Shown here piece after piece: positions 8,562-21,200 of a DNA stretch of 64,000 nt (the first letter of the stretch is position 1; the number at the start of each line of letters is the position of its first letter). Both the position numbers and the translations under genes were made by a program. This DNA is from Nemertoderma westbladi (Eukaryota > Animalia > Xenacoelomorpha), in NCBI GenBank assembly GCA_032718475.1, contig JAUCBJ010007484.1:1-64000 (forward strand), written 5' to 3'. The notes under the pieces were generated by a model. That model was not told the origin of the DNA. It searched no databases and worked only from the letters and a program-made list of their open reading frames with translations.

Positions 8562-11084
8562 GTCAGCCCAGATGATAGTGGCCGTCAGCCCAGATGATAG
8601 TGGCAATGGTGGTATTGGTCTATTGATGAATCCAACTGCCCATGCAGCATTGGACTAAATAGACCAAATCTCTAACCGCATCATCCGTTGCCACTTCTCA
8701 TGTTCTGGAAGACTGGCTAAGAAATTTCCTAAGGTGGTTCTGATTGTGTGCTACTCTCCAACTAGTGTTGCCCCCCAGTAGAGGAGGTGGAAAATTTCTA
8801 CCACAATCTACAAGCAGCTACTGATGGAGTGGATCAGCATGCATTCTTAACATTCCTGGGAGACTTTAATGCAAGTCTGCATCAATCACCTACATCGCCC
8901 TGGGTCTATAGCAATAGTGTTAACCGAAATTACGTCCATCTTCAGGATTTTATCTCTGGAAATGGATTGTTTTCGGCTGGAACCCAGTTTAAGAAGCAAA
9001 CTGGAAGGCTATGGACTCATAGTGGACCCAGTGGTCACAAGTCCCAGATAGACCATATTATGTTTCGTAGGAAGTACAGGAGCTCTATACAAGACTGTAA
9101 TGCATTTACACTACGACCCTTCTCCAGTGATCACCACCTTATTGTGGCCAAGGTAAGACTTAGTCTGCGTGCTAGCAGAACAACGAAATCTGCCATGCCG
9201 CGGCATGACTGGTCCTCTCTGTTGCAACAGCCAAGTGTGAGATCCAGGTTCACACTACAGCTGAGCAACATGTATGAGGTTCTTGCCTCTGAGGCGGCAG
9301 ATCACTGTGAGGGCTATATTGCCTTCATAGAAGCAGTTAAGTTAGCAGCTGCAGAAACAGTTCCTGTATACCCTCGAAGCAGGAAACGGGCCCCCTGGAC
9401 TGACAACAAAATCCAGAAGAGCCGAAATGATGACAGGGTATTGACTGATAACTTTATAGAAGTAAAAGTGTCTGAGTCTGTACTCCCAGATATTCCCATT
9501 GGCGATATCTCCTTTGCAGAAGTGAAGGCTGCTGCAAAGATCATTAAGACCAATCGTGCCAGTGGAGTATATAATGTTCCCCCTGAGGTCTTTAAAATAC
9601 CGGAGTGTTTAAAGCTCATCTATCCCATTATAGTAGACATGTACCGAACAACAAGAGTCCCACAAGAAATGAAAACAAATAAGTTGGTGCCAGTTCCCAA
9701 GAAGGGCAACCTAACACTCTATGGTTCTTTTCGGGGAATCTCATTGATCTCGATTGCTGCAAAGCTATACAATACGATTCTATTAAATCGCATCCGGGAT
9801 CATATTGAGAGACTGCTCCGTGGAAATCAGAATGGGTTCCGTAAATGTCGTGGGACCATGGAGCCCATTTTGGCACTTAAAAGGATAATTGAAGAGTTAT
9901 CAAAAAAGAAAGACAGGCATCTGGCTGTTATCTTTGTTGACTTCTTCAAGGCCTCCCGCTCACGTATGTTCAGCATACTTTCATTATATGGTACTCCTGA
10001 TGAAATTATTGCAGCAATCAGATCAGTATACGATGGTTCGAGAACATTTGTGTCTACTGTTGATGGTGACACAGAACCATTTGAAGTGTTATGGGGCGTC
10101 CTCCAGGGAGACATACTAGCACCATTCTGGTTCATAATTGTGGTTGACTATGTTCTACGCATGTCCTTAGATGATCATAATGATGATGGGGTAATGTTAA
10201 CTCCACCTACTGGCTCCAGAAGTCGAGGAAATCCTGCCAAGTACCTAACTGATCTAGACTTTGCTGATGACTTAGGAGTACTCTAAGAATCACTAGAGGG
10301 AGTCCAACGGCTCCTCATCTCATTAGAACATGCTGCTTCTAGTGTTGGTCTTTTTATTAACTCCAGAAAGACCAAAATTTTGACAGTTAACTTTGAAAGT
10401 TCTCAGCAAGTCTCTGATCGGATGAGCATAAGCTCAAAGGATGGTATGCTTGAGCATGTGGACGACTTCTGTTACCTGGGATCATGGATCCGGAAGTTAG
10501 GTGAGGACATTCGAATAGGTAAGGGAATGGCATGGGCAGCCTTGAATAGGCTTTCCAGGATTTGGAAGTCACCGAGAATTAATAGGAAACTTAAGGTCCG
10601 ATTATTTTGAGCAGCAGTAGTTCCAGTACTCCTCTACGGGAGTCCATGCTGGGCTCTAACTGCTGAGGACACCAATTCTCTGGATGGCACATTCACAAGA
10701 ATGCTACGCCGGGCTCATTGTGTCAAGTACAATGCACACATCTCCAACCAGACACTATATAACATTGGAGGTGTCTCATTGATTCCCACAAGCTTGACAC
10801 TAGAACAAAATCGCCTCCGCTTTGCAGGACATTGCTTTTGCCGTGAGGACCAGCCAGTGCATAATCTTGTACTTTGGCAGCCTCATGGAGTGAATAAGCA
10901 TGGTGGACAGCCCATGACTTTCTTGAGACGCATCTTAAAGGACACTGGCCTTGAAGATGCGGATGATCTAGCAAATGTCATGGGTGATAGGGCGTTGTGG
11001 CGGCGCAATTTTGTCGACAAGCCGGCACAGCATTCTTAAAAATGCAGCTGCAATGCAGCATGCCGATACTAGTAGTCAGCCCAG
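8562..11084 (+). mobile_element. RTE-clade LINE, 5'-truncated decayed copy 2 with 10-bp TSD GTCAGCCCAG
   Basis: APE endonuclease motifs (GGIGLL, CYSPT, LGDFNA, SQIDHI, SDHHL) and RT motifs (FRGISL, QNGFR, FVDFFKA, GVLQGD.LAP, LDFADD). Short TAG tail. GTCAGCCCAG at 8562-8571 and 11075-11084. Confidence 0.92.
8594..11039 (+). pseudogene. Disrupted APE-RT ORF of RTE copy 2
   Basis: Stop near 8656, frameshift near 8780, stops at 10284-10286 and 10608-10610. The FD.. residues after VDFFKA are missing and the EN-RT linker near 9430 looks shortened. Confidence 0.85.
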
Positions 11085-11360
11085 TAGAGCCCGATAAGCA
11101 CCAGTAGCCTATTCATTATCTATTTGATAAAGATTGGGTTGGTTTTAGCCCCGTGGGGGTTTGGGGGGCAGTCCCCAACCTAAGAAGCGGGGGTTTGGGG
11201 GCTGCAGCCCCTAATTAAAAGAAAAACAAACAAAATTTGACTAAAAAAATGTTTCTTTTATAATTTTGAAAAAATTTGACTAGATACAACTTGTCCTGTA
11301 ACCATCTTTAACTTTTGTTTATTGCTTTGGTGCACCCAGATTAATTTTAACACTTTAACT

Positions 11361-11644
11361 GGGGGGGAAGTGTCCGTGGGGGAAGTGTCCGGGGGAAGTG
11401 TCCTACTTGGGCGGGGGGAAGTGTCCGGGGGGAATTGTCCGGGGGGAAGTGTCCGGGGTGAATTGTCCGGGGGGAAGTGTCCTACTTGGGCGGGTGGAAA
11501 GTGTCCGGGGCGGAACTGTCCGGGGGGAAGTGTCCTACTTGGGCGGGGGGGAAGTGTCCGCGGGGAAACTGTCCGGGGGGGAGTGTCCTACTTGGGCGGG
11601 GGGGGGGGGAAGTGTCCGGGGGGGGGGGGAAGTTTCCTAGATCC
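11361..11644. repeat. G-rich array of (G5-8)AAGTGTCC / CCTACTTGGGC units; probable DNA-transposon subterminal repeats
   Basis: More than a dozen ~14-bp GGGGGGAA(G/T/C)TGTCC units interspersed with TCCTACTTGGGC, ending in TTTCCTAGATCC. The TE assignment is from recalled resemblance only. Confidence 0.75.
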
Positions 11645-12188
11645 CCCAGCCCAGTCTGCCGTTGTTGCTTATGAATGAGTTTCTGTAGTATGTTCAGATG
11701 CTTTCACTCTGTGTCCAGGAAGACGGGAGTTGAGTTGGAGTTGAGTGATTGACAAGTTGTAGGAAGTTGTTTGAAGCTGTCTGAGTTTGTTAAAAGCTGT
11801 CTGAATTTGTTTGAAGTTGTTGGACTGTTGGAGTTTGTCTGTAAGTGTTTGAAACTGTTGGATCCGATCAGTTCAGATCGGATCCGATTGCACTCTGTTG
11901 GTGCTCACCAACAAGGTGCCATCGGATCCGACTGTAGAACGTAAATGCAATTCTCGATATTACAGCGGATAGACATAGACACATTAGTTTAGTGCGGTGT
12001 GTATTAGTTACTGTAGGGCGGCTGGGTAACTAATTAGGTGGACCCACTACTGGGACTACGTCAGGAGGCTGAATAGAGTTCACCCAACCGTGGCGAACGC
12101 GATACATAACGGTTACGCTTCAATAGGTTTCCTATGGCCTTGGGTACTAATTCTGTACAAAATATAATATGTATTATCTGTTGTGATG

Positions 12189-15100
12189 CTGCCACTACTG
12201 TAGTATTAGGCACAATTCGACCCATTTTTTTCTGCCATTACTGTAGTATTAGGCACAATTCGACCTATTTTCTTCTGCCACAACTCTGACCTATTTTCTT
12301 ATGCCACTACGGTAGTATTAGGCACAATTCGACCTATTTTCTTCTGCCACTACTCTGACCTATTTTCTTCTGCCACTACGGTAGTATTAGGCACAATTCG
12401 ACCTATTTTCTTCTGCCACTACTCTGACCTATTTTCTTCTGCCACTACGGTTGTATTAGGCACAATTCGACCTATTTTCTTCTGCCACAACTCTGACCTA
12501 TTTTCTTCTGCCACTACGGTAGTATTAGGCACAATTCGACCTATTTTCTTCTGCCACAACTCTGACCTATTTTCTTCTGCCACTACGGTAGTATTAGGCA
12601 CAATTCGACCTATTTTCTTCTGCCACAACTCTGACCTATTTTCTTCTGCCACTACGGTAGTATTAGGCACAATTCGACCTATTTTCTTCTGCCACTACTC
12701 TGACCTATTTTCTTCTGCCACTACGATAGTATTAGGCACAATTCGACCTATTTTCTTCTGCCACTACTCTGACCTATTTTCTTCTGCCACTACGGTAGTA
12801 TTAGGCACAATTCGACCTATTTTCTTCTGCCACTACGGTAGTATTAGGCACAATTCGACCTATTTTCTTCTGCCACTACTCTGACCTATTTTCTTCTGCC
12901 ACTACGATAGTATTAGGCACAATTCGACCTATTTTCTTCTGCCACTACTCTGACCTATTTTCTTCTGCCACTACGATAGTATTAGGCACAATTCGACCTA
13001 TTTTCTTCTGCCACTACTCTGACCTATTTTCTTCTGCCACTACTGTAGTATTAGGCACAATTCGACCCATTTTATTCTGCCACTACTGTAGTATTAGGCA
13101 CAATTCGACCTATTTTCTTCTGCCACAACTCTGACCTATTTTCTTCTGCCACTACGTTAGTATTAGGCACAATTCGACCTATTTTCTTCTGCCACTACTC
13201 TGACCTATTTTCTTCTGCCACTACGGTAGTATTAGGCACAATTCGACCCATTTTATTCTGCCACTACGGTATAGTATTAGGCACAATTCGACCCATTTTA
13301 TTCTGCCACTACGGTAGTATTAGGCACAATTCGACCTATTTTCTTCTGCCACTACTCTGACCTATTTTCTTCTGCCACTACTGTAGTATTAGGCACAATT
13401 CGACCCATTTTATTCTGCCACTACTGTAGTATTAGGCACAATTCGACCTATTTTCTTCTGCCACAACTCTGACCTATTTTCTTCTGCCACTACGGTAGTA
13501 TTAGGCACAATTCGACCTATTTTCTTCTGCCACTACGGTATAGTATTAGGCACAATTCGACCCATTTTATTCTGCCACTACGGTAGTATTAGGCACAATT
13601 CGACCTATTTTCTTCTGCCACTACTCTGACCTATTTTCTTCTGCCACTACGGTAGTATTAGGCACAATTCGACCCATTTTATTCTGCCACTACGGTATAG
13701 TATTAGGCACAATTCGACCCATTTTATTCTGCCACTACGGTAGTATTAGGCACAATTCGACCTATTTTCTTCTGCCACTACTCTGACCTATTTTCTTCTG
13801 CCACTACTGTAGTATTAGGCACAATTCGACCCATTTTATTCTGCCACTACTGTAGTATTAGGCACAATTCGACCTATTTTCTTCTGCCACAACTCTGACC
13901 TATTTTCTTCTGCCACTACGGTAGTATTAGGCACAATTCGACCTATTTTCTTCTGCCACTACGGTAGTATTAGGCACAATTCGACCTATTTTCTTCTGCC
14001 ACTACGGTATAGTATTAGGCACAATTCGACCCATTTTATTCTGCCACTACGGTAGTATTAGGCACAATTCGACCTATTTTCTTCTGCCACTACTCTGACC
14101 TATTTTCTTCTGCCACTACTGTAGTATTAGGCACAATTCGACCCATTTTATTCTGCCACTACGGTATAGTATTAGGCACAATTCGACCCATTTTATTCTG
14201 CCACTACGGTAGTATTAGGCACAATTCGACCTATTTTCTTCTGCCACTACTCTGACCTATTTTCTTCTGCCACTACTGTATTATTAGGCACAATTCGACC
14301 CATTTTATTCTGCCACTACTGTAGTATTAGGCACAATTCGACCTATTTTCTTCTGCCACAACTCTGACCTATTTTCTTCTGCCACTACGGTAGTATTAGG
14401 CACAATTCGACCTATTTTCTTCTGCCACTACGGTAGTATTAGGCACAATTCGACCTATTTTCTTCTGCCACTACTCTGACCTATTTTCTTCTGCCACTAC
14501 TGTAGTATTAGGCACAATTCGACCCATTTTATTCTGCCACTACTGTAGTATTAGGCACAATTCGACCTATTTTCTTCTGCCACAACTCTGACCTATTTTC
14601 TTCTGCCACTACGGTAGTATTAGGCACAATTCGACCCATTTTCTTCTGCCACTACTGTAGTATTAGGCACAATTCGACCTATTTTCTTCTGCCACTACTC
14701 TGACCTATTTTCTTCTGCCACTACTGTATAGTATTAGGCACAATTCGACCCATTTTATTCAGCCACTACTGTAGTATTAGGCACAATTCGACCTATTTTC
14801 TTCCGCCACTACTCTGACCTATTTTCTTCTGCCACTACGGTAGTATTAGGCACAATTTGACCTATTTTCTTCTGCCACAACTCGACCCATTTTATTCTGC
14901 CACTACTGTAGTATTAGGCACAATTCGACCCATTTTCTTCTGCCACAACTCGACCCATTTTCTTCTGCCACTACTGTAGTATTAGGCACAATTCGGCCCA
15001 TTTTCTTCTGCCACAACTCGACCCATTTTCTTCTGCCACTACTGTATAGTATTAGGCACAATTCGACCTATTTTCTTCTGCCACTACTGTAGTATTAGGC

Positions 15101-18100
15101 ACAATTCGGCCCATTTTCTTCTGCCACAACTCGACCCATTTTCTTCTGCCACTACTGTAGTATTAGGCACAACTCGACCCATTTTCTTCTGCCACAATTC
15201 GACCCATTTTCTTCTGCCACAACTCGACCCATTTGCTTCTGCCACTACTGTAGTATTAGGCACAATTCGGCCCATTTTCTTCTGCCACAACTCGACCCAT
15301 TTTCTTCTGCCACTACTGTATAGTATTAGGCACAATTCGACCTATTTTCTTCTGCCACTACTGTAGTATTAGGCACAATTCGACCTATTTTCTTCCGCCA
15401 CTACTCTGACCTATTTTCTTCTGCCACTACGGTAGTATTAGGCACAATTCGACCCATTTTCTTCTGCCACAACTCGACCCATTTTCTTCTGCCACTACTG
15501 TAGTATTAGGCACAACTCGACCCATTTTCTTCTGCCACTACTGTAGTATTAGGCACAACTCGACCCATTTTCTTCTGCCACTACTGTATAGTATTAGGCA
15601 CAATTCGACCCATTTTATTCTGCCACAACTCGACCCATTTTCTTCTGCCACTACTGTAGTATTAGGCACAATTCGACCTATTTTATTCTGCCACTACTGT
15701 AGTATTAGGCACAATGCGGCCCATTTTCTTCTGCCACAACTCGACCCATTTTCTTCTGCCACAACTCTGACCTATTTTCTTCTGCCACTACTGTAGTATT
15801 AGGCACAATTCGACCTATTTTATTCTGCCACTACTGTAGTATTAGGCACAATGCGGCCCATTTTCTTCTGCCACAACTCGACCCATTTTCTTCTGCCACA
15901 ACTCTGACCTATTTTCTTCTGCCACTACTGTAGTATTAGGCACAATGCGGCCCATTTTCTTCTGCCACAACTCGACCCATTTTCTTCTGCCACAACTCTG
16001 ACCTATTTTCTTCTGCCACTACGGTATAGTATTAGGCACAATTCGACCTATTTTCTTCTGCCACTACGGTAGTATTAGGCACAATTCGACCCATTTTCTT
16101 CTGCCACAACTCGACCCATTTTCTTCTGCCACTACTGTAGTATTAGGCACAATTCGACCTATTTTATTCTGCCACTACTGTAGTATTAGGCACAATGCGG
16201 CCCATTTTCTTCTGCCACAACTCGACCCATTTTCTTCTGCCACAACTCTGACCTATTTTCTTCTGCCACTACTGTAGTATTAGGCACAATTCGACCCATT
16301 TTCTTCTGCCACTACTGTATAGTATTAGGCACAATTCGACCCATTTTATTCTGCCACTACTGTAGTATTAGGCACAATTCGACCCATTTTCTTCTGCCAC
16401 AACTCGACCCATTTTCTTCTGCCACTACTGTAGTATTAGGCACAATTCGACCCATTTTCTTCTGCCACAACTGTAGTATTAGGCACAATTCGACCCATTT
16501 TCTTCTGCCACAACTCGACCCATTAACTTCTGCCACAACTCGATCTATTTTCTTCTGCCACTACTGTAGTATTAGGCACAATTCGACCCATTTTCTTCTG
16601 CCACAACTCGACCCATTTTCTTCTGCCACTACTGTAGTATTAGGCACAATTCGACCTATTTTCTTCTGCCACAACTCAACCCATTTTCTTCTGCCACTAC
16701 TGTAGTATTAGGCACAATTCGACCCATTTTCTTCTGCCACAACTCGAACCATTTTCTTCTGCCACTACGGTAGTATTAGGCACAATTCGAAACAATTTCT
16801 TCTGCCACAACTCGACCCATTTTTTTCTGCCACTACTGTAGTATTAGGCACAATTCGACCCATTTTCTTTTGCCACAACTCAACCCATTTTCTTCTGCCA
16901 CTACTGTATAGTATTAGGCACAATTCGACCCATTTTATTCTGCCACTACTGTAGTATTAGGCACAATTCGACCTATTTTCTTCTGCCACAACTCTGACCT
17001 ATTTTCTTCTGCCACTACGGTAGTATTAGGCACAATTCGACCTATTTTCTTCTGCCACTACTGTATAGTATTAGGCACAATTCGACCCATTTTATTCTGC
17101 CACTACTGTAGTATTAGGCACAATTCGACCCATTTTCTTCTGCCACTACTCGACCTATTTTCTTCTGCCACTACTGTAGTATTAGGCACAATTCGACCCA
17201 TTTTCTTCTGCCACAACTCGACCCATTTTCTTCTGCCACTACTGTAGTATTAGGCACAATTCGACCCATTTTATTCAGCCACTACTGTAGTATTAGGCAC
17301 AATTCGACCTATTTTCTTCCGCCACTACTCTGACCTATTTTCTTCTGCCACTACGGTAGTATTAGGCACAATTCGACCCATTTTCTTCTGCCACAACTCG
17401 ACCCAGTTTCTTCTGCCACTACTGTAGTATTAGGCACAATTCGACCCATTTTCTTCTGCCACAACTCGACCCATTTTCTTCTGCCACTACTGTAGTATTA
17501 GGCACAACTCGACCCATTTTCTTCTGCCACTACTGTAGTATTAGGCACAATTCGACCTATTTTCTTCTGCCACTACTGTAGTATTAGGCACAATTCGACC
17601 CATTTTCTTCTGCCACTACTCGACCCATTTTCTTCTGCCACTACGGTAGTATTAGGCACAATTCGACCCATTTTCTTCTGCCACAACTCGACCCATTTTC
17701 TTCTGCCACTACTGTAGTATTAGGCACAATTCGACCCATTTTCTTCTGCCACTACTGTAGTATTAGGCACAACTCGACCCATTTTCTTCTGCCACTACTG
17801 TAGTATTAGGCACAATTCGACCCATTTTCTTCTGCCACTACTGTAGTATTAGGCACAATTCGACCCATTTTCTTCTGCCACAACTCGAACCATTTTCTTC
17901 TGCCACTACGGTAGTATTAGGCACAATTCGACCCATTTTCTTCTGCCACAACTCGACCCATTTTCTTCTGCCACTACTGTAGTATTAGGCACAATTCGAC
18001 CCATTTTCTTCTGCCACAACTCGAACCATTTTCTTCTGCCACTACTGTAGTATTAGGCACAATTCGACCCATTTTCTTCTGCCACAACTCGACCCATTTT

Positions 18101-18260
18101 CTTCTGCCACAACTCGACCCATTTTCTTCTGCCACAATTCGACCCATTTTCTTCTGCCACAACTCGACCCATTTGCTTCTGCCACTACTGTAGTATTAGG
18201 CACAATTCGGCCCATTTTCTTCTGCCACTACTGTATAGTATTAGGCACAATTCGACCCAT
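12189..18260. repeat. Composite satellite of 43/45-bp and 25/26-bp related monomers (about 6.1 kb)
   Basis: The long unit CTGCCACTACTGTAGTATTAGGCACAATTCGACCCATTTTCTT alternates irregularly with CTGCCACAACTC(T)GACC(C/T)ATTTTCTT. A 69-bp dimer explains the 23-aa period of the ORF at 12419-12670. Confidence 0.97.
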
Positions 18261-18411
18261 CAAAAATCAAAAATATTGTGGAAAGATTTGTGAAAATAAA
18301 CCTGAACAATATTAATTTTCCTTTTCATGTTTACTGTTTGTTGTTTTCATGTAACATTATATTGACGGCTATATAAAAATCTGTTTGCAGCTTCAATAAA
18401 TTTAATATACT

Positions 18412-19339
18412 GCAGAGACCTGGAACACCAAGGCCACCAAAGCCGCAGAGACCTGGAACACCAAGGCCACCAAAGCCGCAGAGACCTGGAACACCAAGGC
18501 CACCAAAGCCGCAGAGACCTGGAACACCAAGGCCACCAAAGCCGCAGAGACCTGGAACACCAAGGCCACCAAAGCCGCAGAGACCTGGAACACCAAGGCC
18601 ACCAAAGCCGCAGAGACCTGGAACACCAAGGCCACCAAAGCCGCAGAGACCTGGAACACCAAGGCCACCAAAGCCGCAGAGACCTGGAACACCAAGGCCA
18701 CCAAAGCCGCAGAGACCTGGAACACCAAGGCCACCAAAGCCGCAGAGACCTGGAACACCAAGGCCACCAAAGCCGCAGAGACCTGGAACACCAAGGCCAC
18801 CAAAGCCGCAGAGACCTGGAACACCAAGGCCACCAAAGCCGCAGAGACCTGGAACACCAAGGCCACCAAAGCCGCAGAGACCTGGAACACCAAGGCCACC
18901 AAAGCCGCAGAGACCTGGAACACCAAGGCCACCAAAGCCGCAGAGACCTGGAACACCAAGGCCACCAAAGCCGCAGAGACCTGGAACACCAAGGCCACCA
19001 AAGCCGCAGAGACCTGGAACACCAAGGCCACCAAAGCCGCAGAGACCTGGAACACCAAGGCCACCAAAGCCGCAGAGACCTGGAACACCAAGGCCACCAA
19101 AGCCGCAGAGACCTGGAACACCAAGGCCACCAAAGCCGCAGAGACCTGGAACACCAAGGCCACCAAAGCCGCAGAGACCTGGAACACCAAGGCCACCAAA
19201 GCCGCAGAGACCTGGAACACCAAGGCCACCAAAGCCGCAGAGACCTGGAACACCAAGGCCACCAAAGCCGCAGAGACCTGGAACACCGAGGCCACCAAAG
19301 CCGCAGAGACCTGGAACACCAAGGCCACCAAAGCCGCAG
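18412..19339. repeat. 33-bp minisatellite, about 28 near-identical copies
   Basis: Unit GCAGAGACCTGGAACACCAAGGCCACCAAAGCC. The only variant seen is A>G near 19288. Confidence 0.98.
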
Positions 19340-20396
19340 ATGTATTGTGTGATAATCCGAATAAGATTTAACTAAAATCTCGTTATAGTATAACGGGAGG
19401 GGCGGAGAGGGACCGAATTTAGGGGCCAATGAACCGTAAATAATCCCCAAAGCGTGTCTCAGTGTCAGAGAGATAGTTGTACCGTTATGGGATTTATATA
19501 AACTGTGTCACTCCAAGCAAATAGAATGAATATCCATACAATGGGGATGTTAGAGGCAGCACGGAAAGCAGATGGGCCCTCACGGGCACGCAGTCTCTAG
19601 TGGTGTCTAGTAGACTGGAAACAGGAAAGACACATTGATAACCTGCAACTCTCCAACTGGAACTAAGTGGATATATTAAGCCACCGACACACACAAGCCA
19701 GCAAATAGAGTCAATGACACAGCATGGAGGTTGCAAACGATATACCATCTACTCTAGCATAACCACAGCATACTCTACTTTAATGAGAGTGGGCCCTTTA
19801 TGGCCCAGTTCAATTACTTTCCTTTCGTTAAATACTTGGACCAGTTTCTTAGCATAAATAATTTACAATACAGCCGATTACAGAGTGTGCTTGATAATTC
19901 TTGCTTGAATATGTTACAGGTGTATCAGTTCATCCATTAGGCCTACTGAGATTCCTAGGTCCTGTTGCCATTAGTGACGCAATTCACTAATTGTACACAA
20001 ACTCTGTGGACCATTAGATCATATCTGATTCCTGGAGTGGTTGAGAATGAGGTCTGGTTTATCTATGGGAGGTGACTGGCGGACACACCAGACACCAATG
20101 TAATTTTGTTTATTTAAAAACCGACCCACTCAAACTATTAAATCGCTAAAAGGCCATAAATTTGCTTCAGTTGTCAGATTGGGGCCATAAAATGACTGAA
20201 GTTTGAGAGTAATTGGTTCTTAGGGATGTCATTGAGCTGATTTATTTATAACAAACATAATTAACTGGCTGATAAACTTTTCGTTTTTGCCTCTTAAAAA
20301 GAAGATAAACATCTCAGAATTGGCTAATGTATATACCCAAAGCTGTAAAAGGCCGCCAAAGTAACTCACACGAATATGAGCCTTCATAAAGAGTGT

Positions 20397-21200
20397 GGGG
20401 CAAGCGACGAAAGTAAGCGAGCTTAGCATACAGGTACCACTAACTCAATCGGTGTGTCTGTTGCTCTGTCGGGCGAGCCACGAAGTGAGTGAGCCTTAGC
20501 GTAGTGGTACCATTAATGAACCTGTGGGGCGAGCCACGAAGTGAGTGAGCCTTAGCGTAGTGGTACCATTAATCAACCTGTGGGGCGAGCCACGAAGTGA
20601 GTGAGCCTTAGCGTAGTGGTACCATTAATCAACCTGTGGGGCGAGCCACGAAGTGAGTGAGCCTTAGCGTAGTGGTACCATTAATCAACCTGTGGGGCGA
20701 GCCACGAAGTGAGTGAGCCTTAGCGTAGTGGTACCATTAATGAACCTGTGGGGCGAGCCACGAAGTGAGTGAGCCTTAGCGTAGTGGTACCATTAATCAA
20801 CCTGTGGGGCGAGCCACGAAGTGAGTGAGCCTTAGCGTAGTGGTACCATTAATGAACCTGTGGGGCGAGCCACGAAGTGAGTGAGCCTTAGCGTAGTGGT
20901 ACCGTTAATCAACCTGTGGGGCGAGCCACGAAGTGAGTGAGCCTTAGCGTAGTGGTACCATTAATCAACCTGTGGGGCGAGCCACGAAGTGAGTGAGCCT
21001 TAGCGTAGTGGTACCATTAATCAACCTGTCGTTCTGTCGTTCTGTCGTGTTCAATTTTAAACGTTAATAACTCGGCCAATCTGTGATGAAATCTATCCAA
21101 ACTTGGTACACATGTTGTTTGGCAAAAGTTTAGAAATTTTCCAAGTAGAATTTCCGTGTGGCCTTCGAGAAGCTAAGATAATAGCAGTTAATTATTCAAT
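20397..21200 (+). mobile_element. Non-autonomous Helentron-associated (HINE/DINE-1-like) element; boundaries approximate
   Basis: A GCGAGCCACGAAGTGAGTGAGCC block is followed by a (CTGTCGTT)n microsatellite at ~21027-21050, then AATAACTC and CCAAACTTGGTACACATG. This order and these motifs resemble DINE-1-like elements (recall). Confidence 0.55.
20470..21029. repeat. 56-bp tandem repeat x10
   Basis: Unit GGGGCGAGCCACGAAGTGAGTGAGCCTTAGCGTAGTGGTACCATTAATCAACCTGT; period checked at 20526/20582. A diverged copy lies at ~20397-20460. Confidence 0.97.

Noticed and set aside
9990-10275. Hammerhead ribozyme cores (CTGATGA)
   Set aside because: Both hits are inside RT coding sequence (PDE, ADD codons) with no supporting stems.
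8787-10286. Bacterial-type RT system (retron, DGR, group II intron) linked to the arrays
   Set aside because: The RT is fused to an APE endonuclease and has an RTE C-terminus, a TAG tail and a TSD, so it is an ordinary decayed LINE.
11322-11678. Gly/Cys-rich ORFs (GGKCPGG)
   Set aside because: Translations of the G-rich repeat in three frames with non-ATG starts.
12189-18260. CRISPR array or coding repeats (PNTTVVAEENRS...)
   Set aside because: The alternating units are homologous to each other rather than spacers; the ORFs are satellite translations.
18347-19450. 367-aa LWWPWCSRSLR and 309-aa VALVFQVSAAL ORFs as genes
   Set aside because: They are open only because the 33-bp unit lacks stops; they have non-ATG starts and no domain context.
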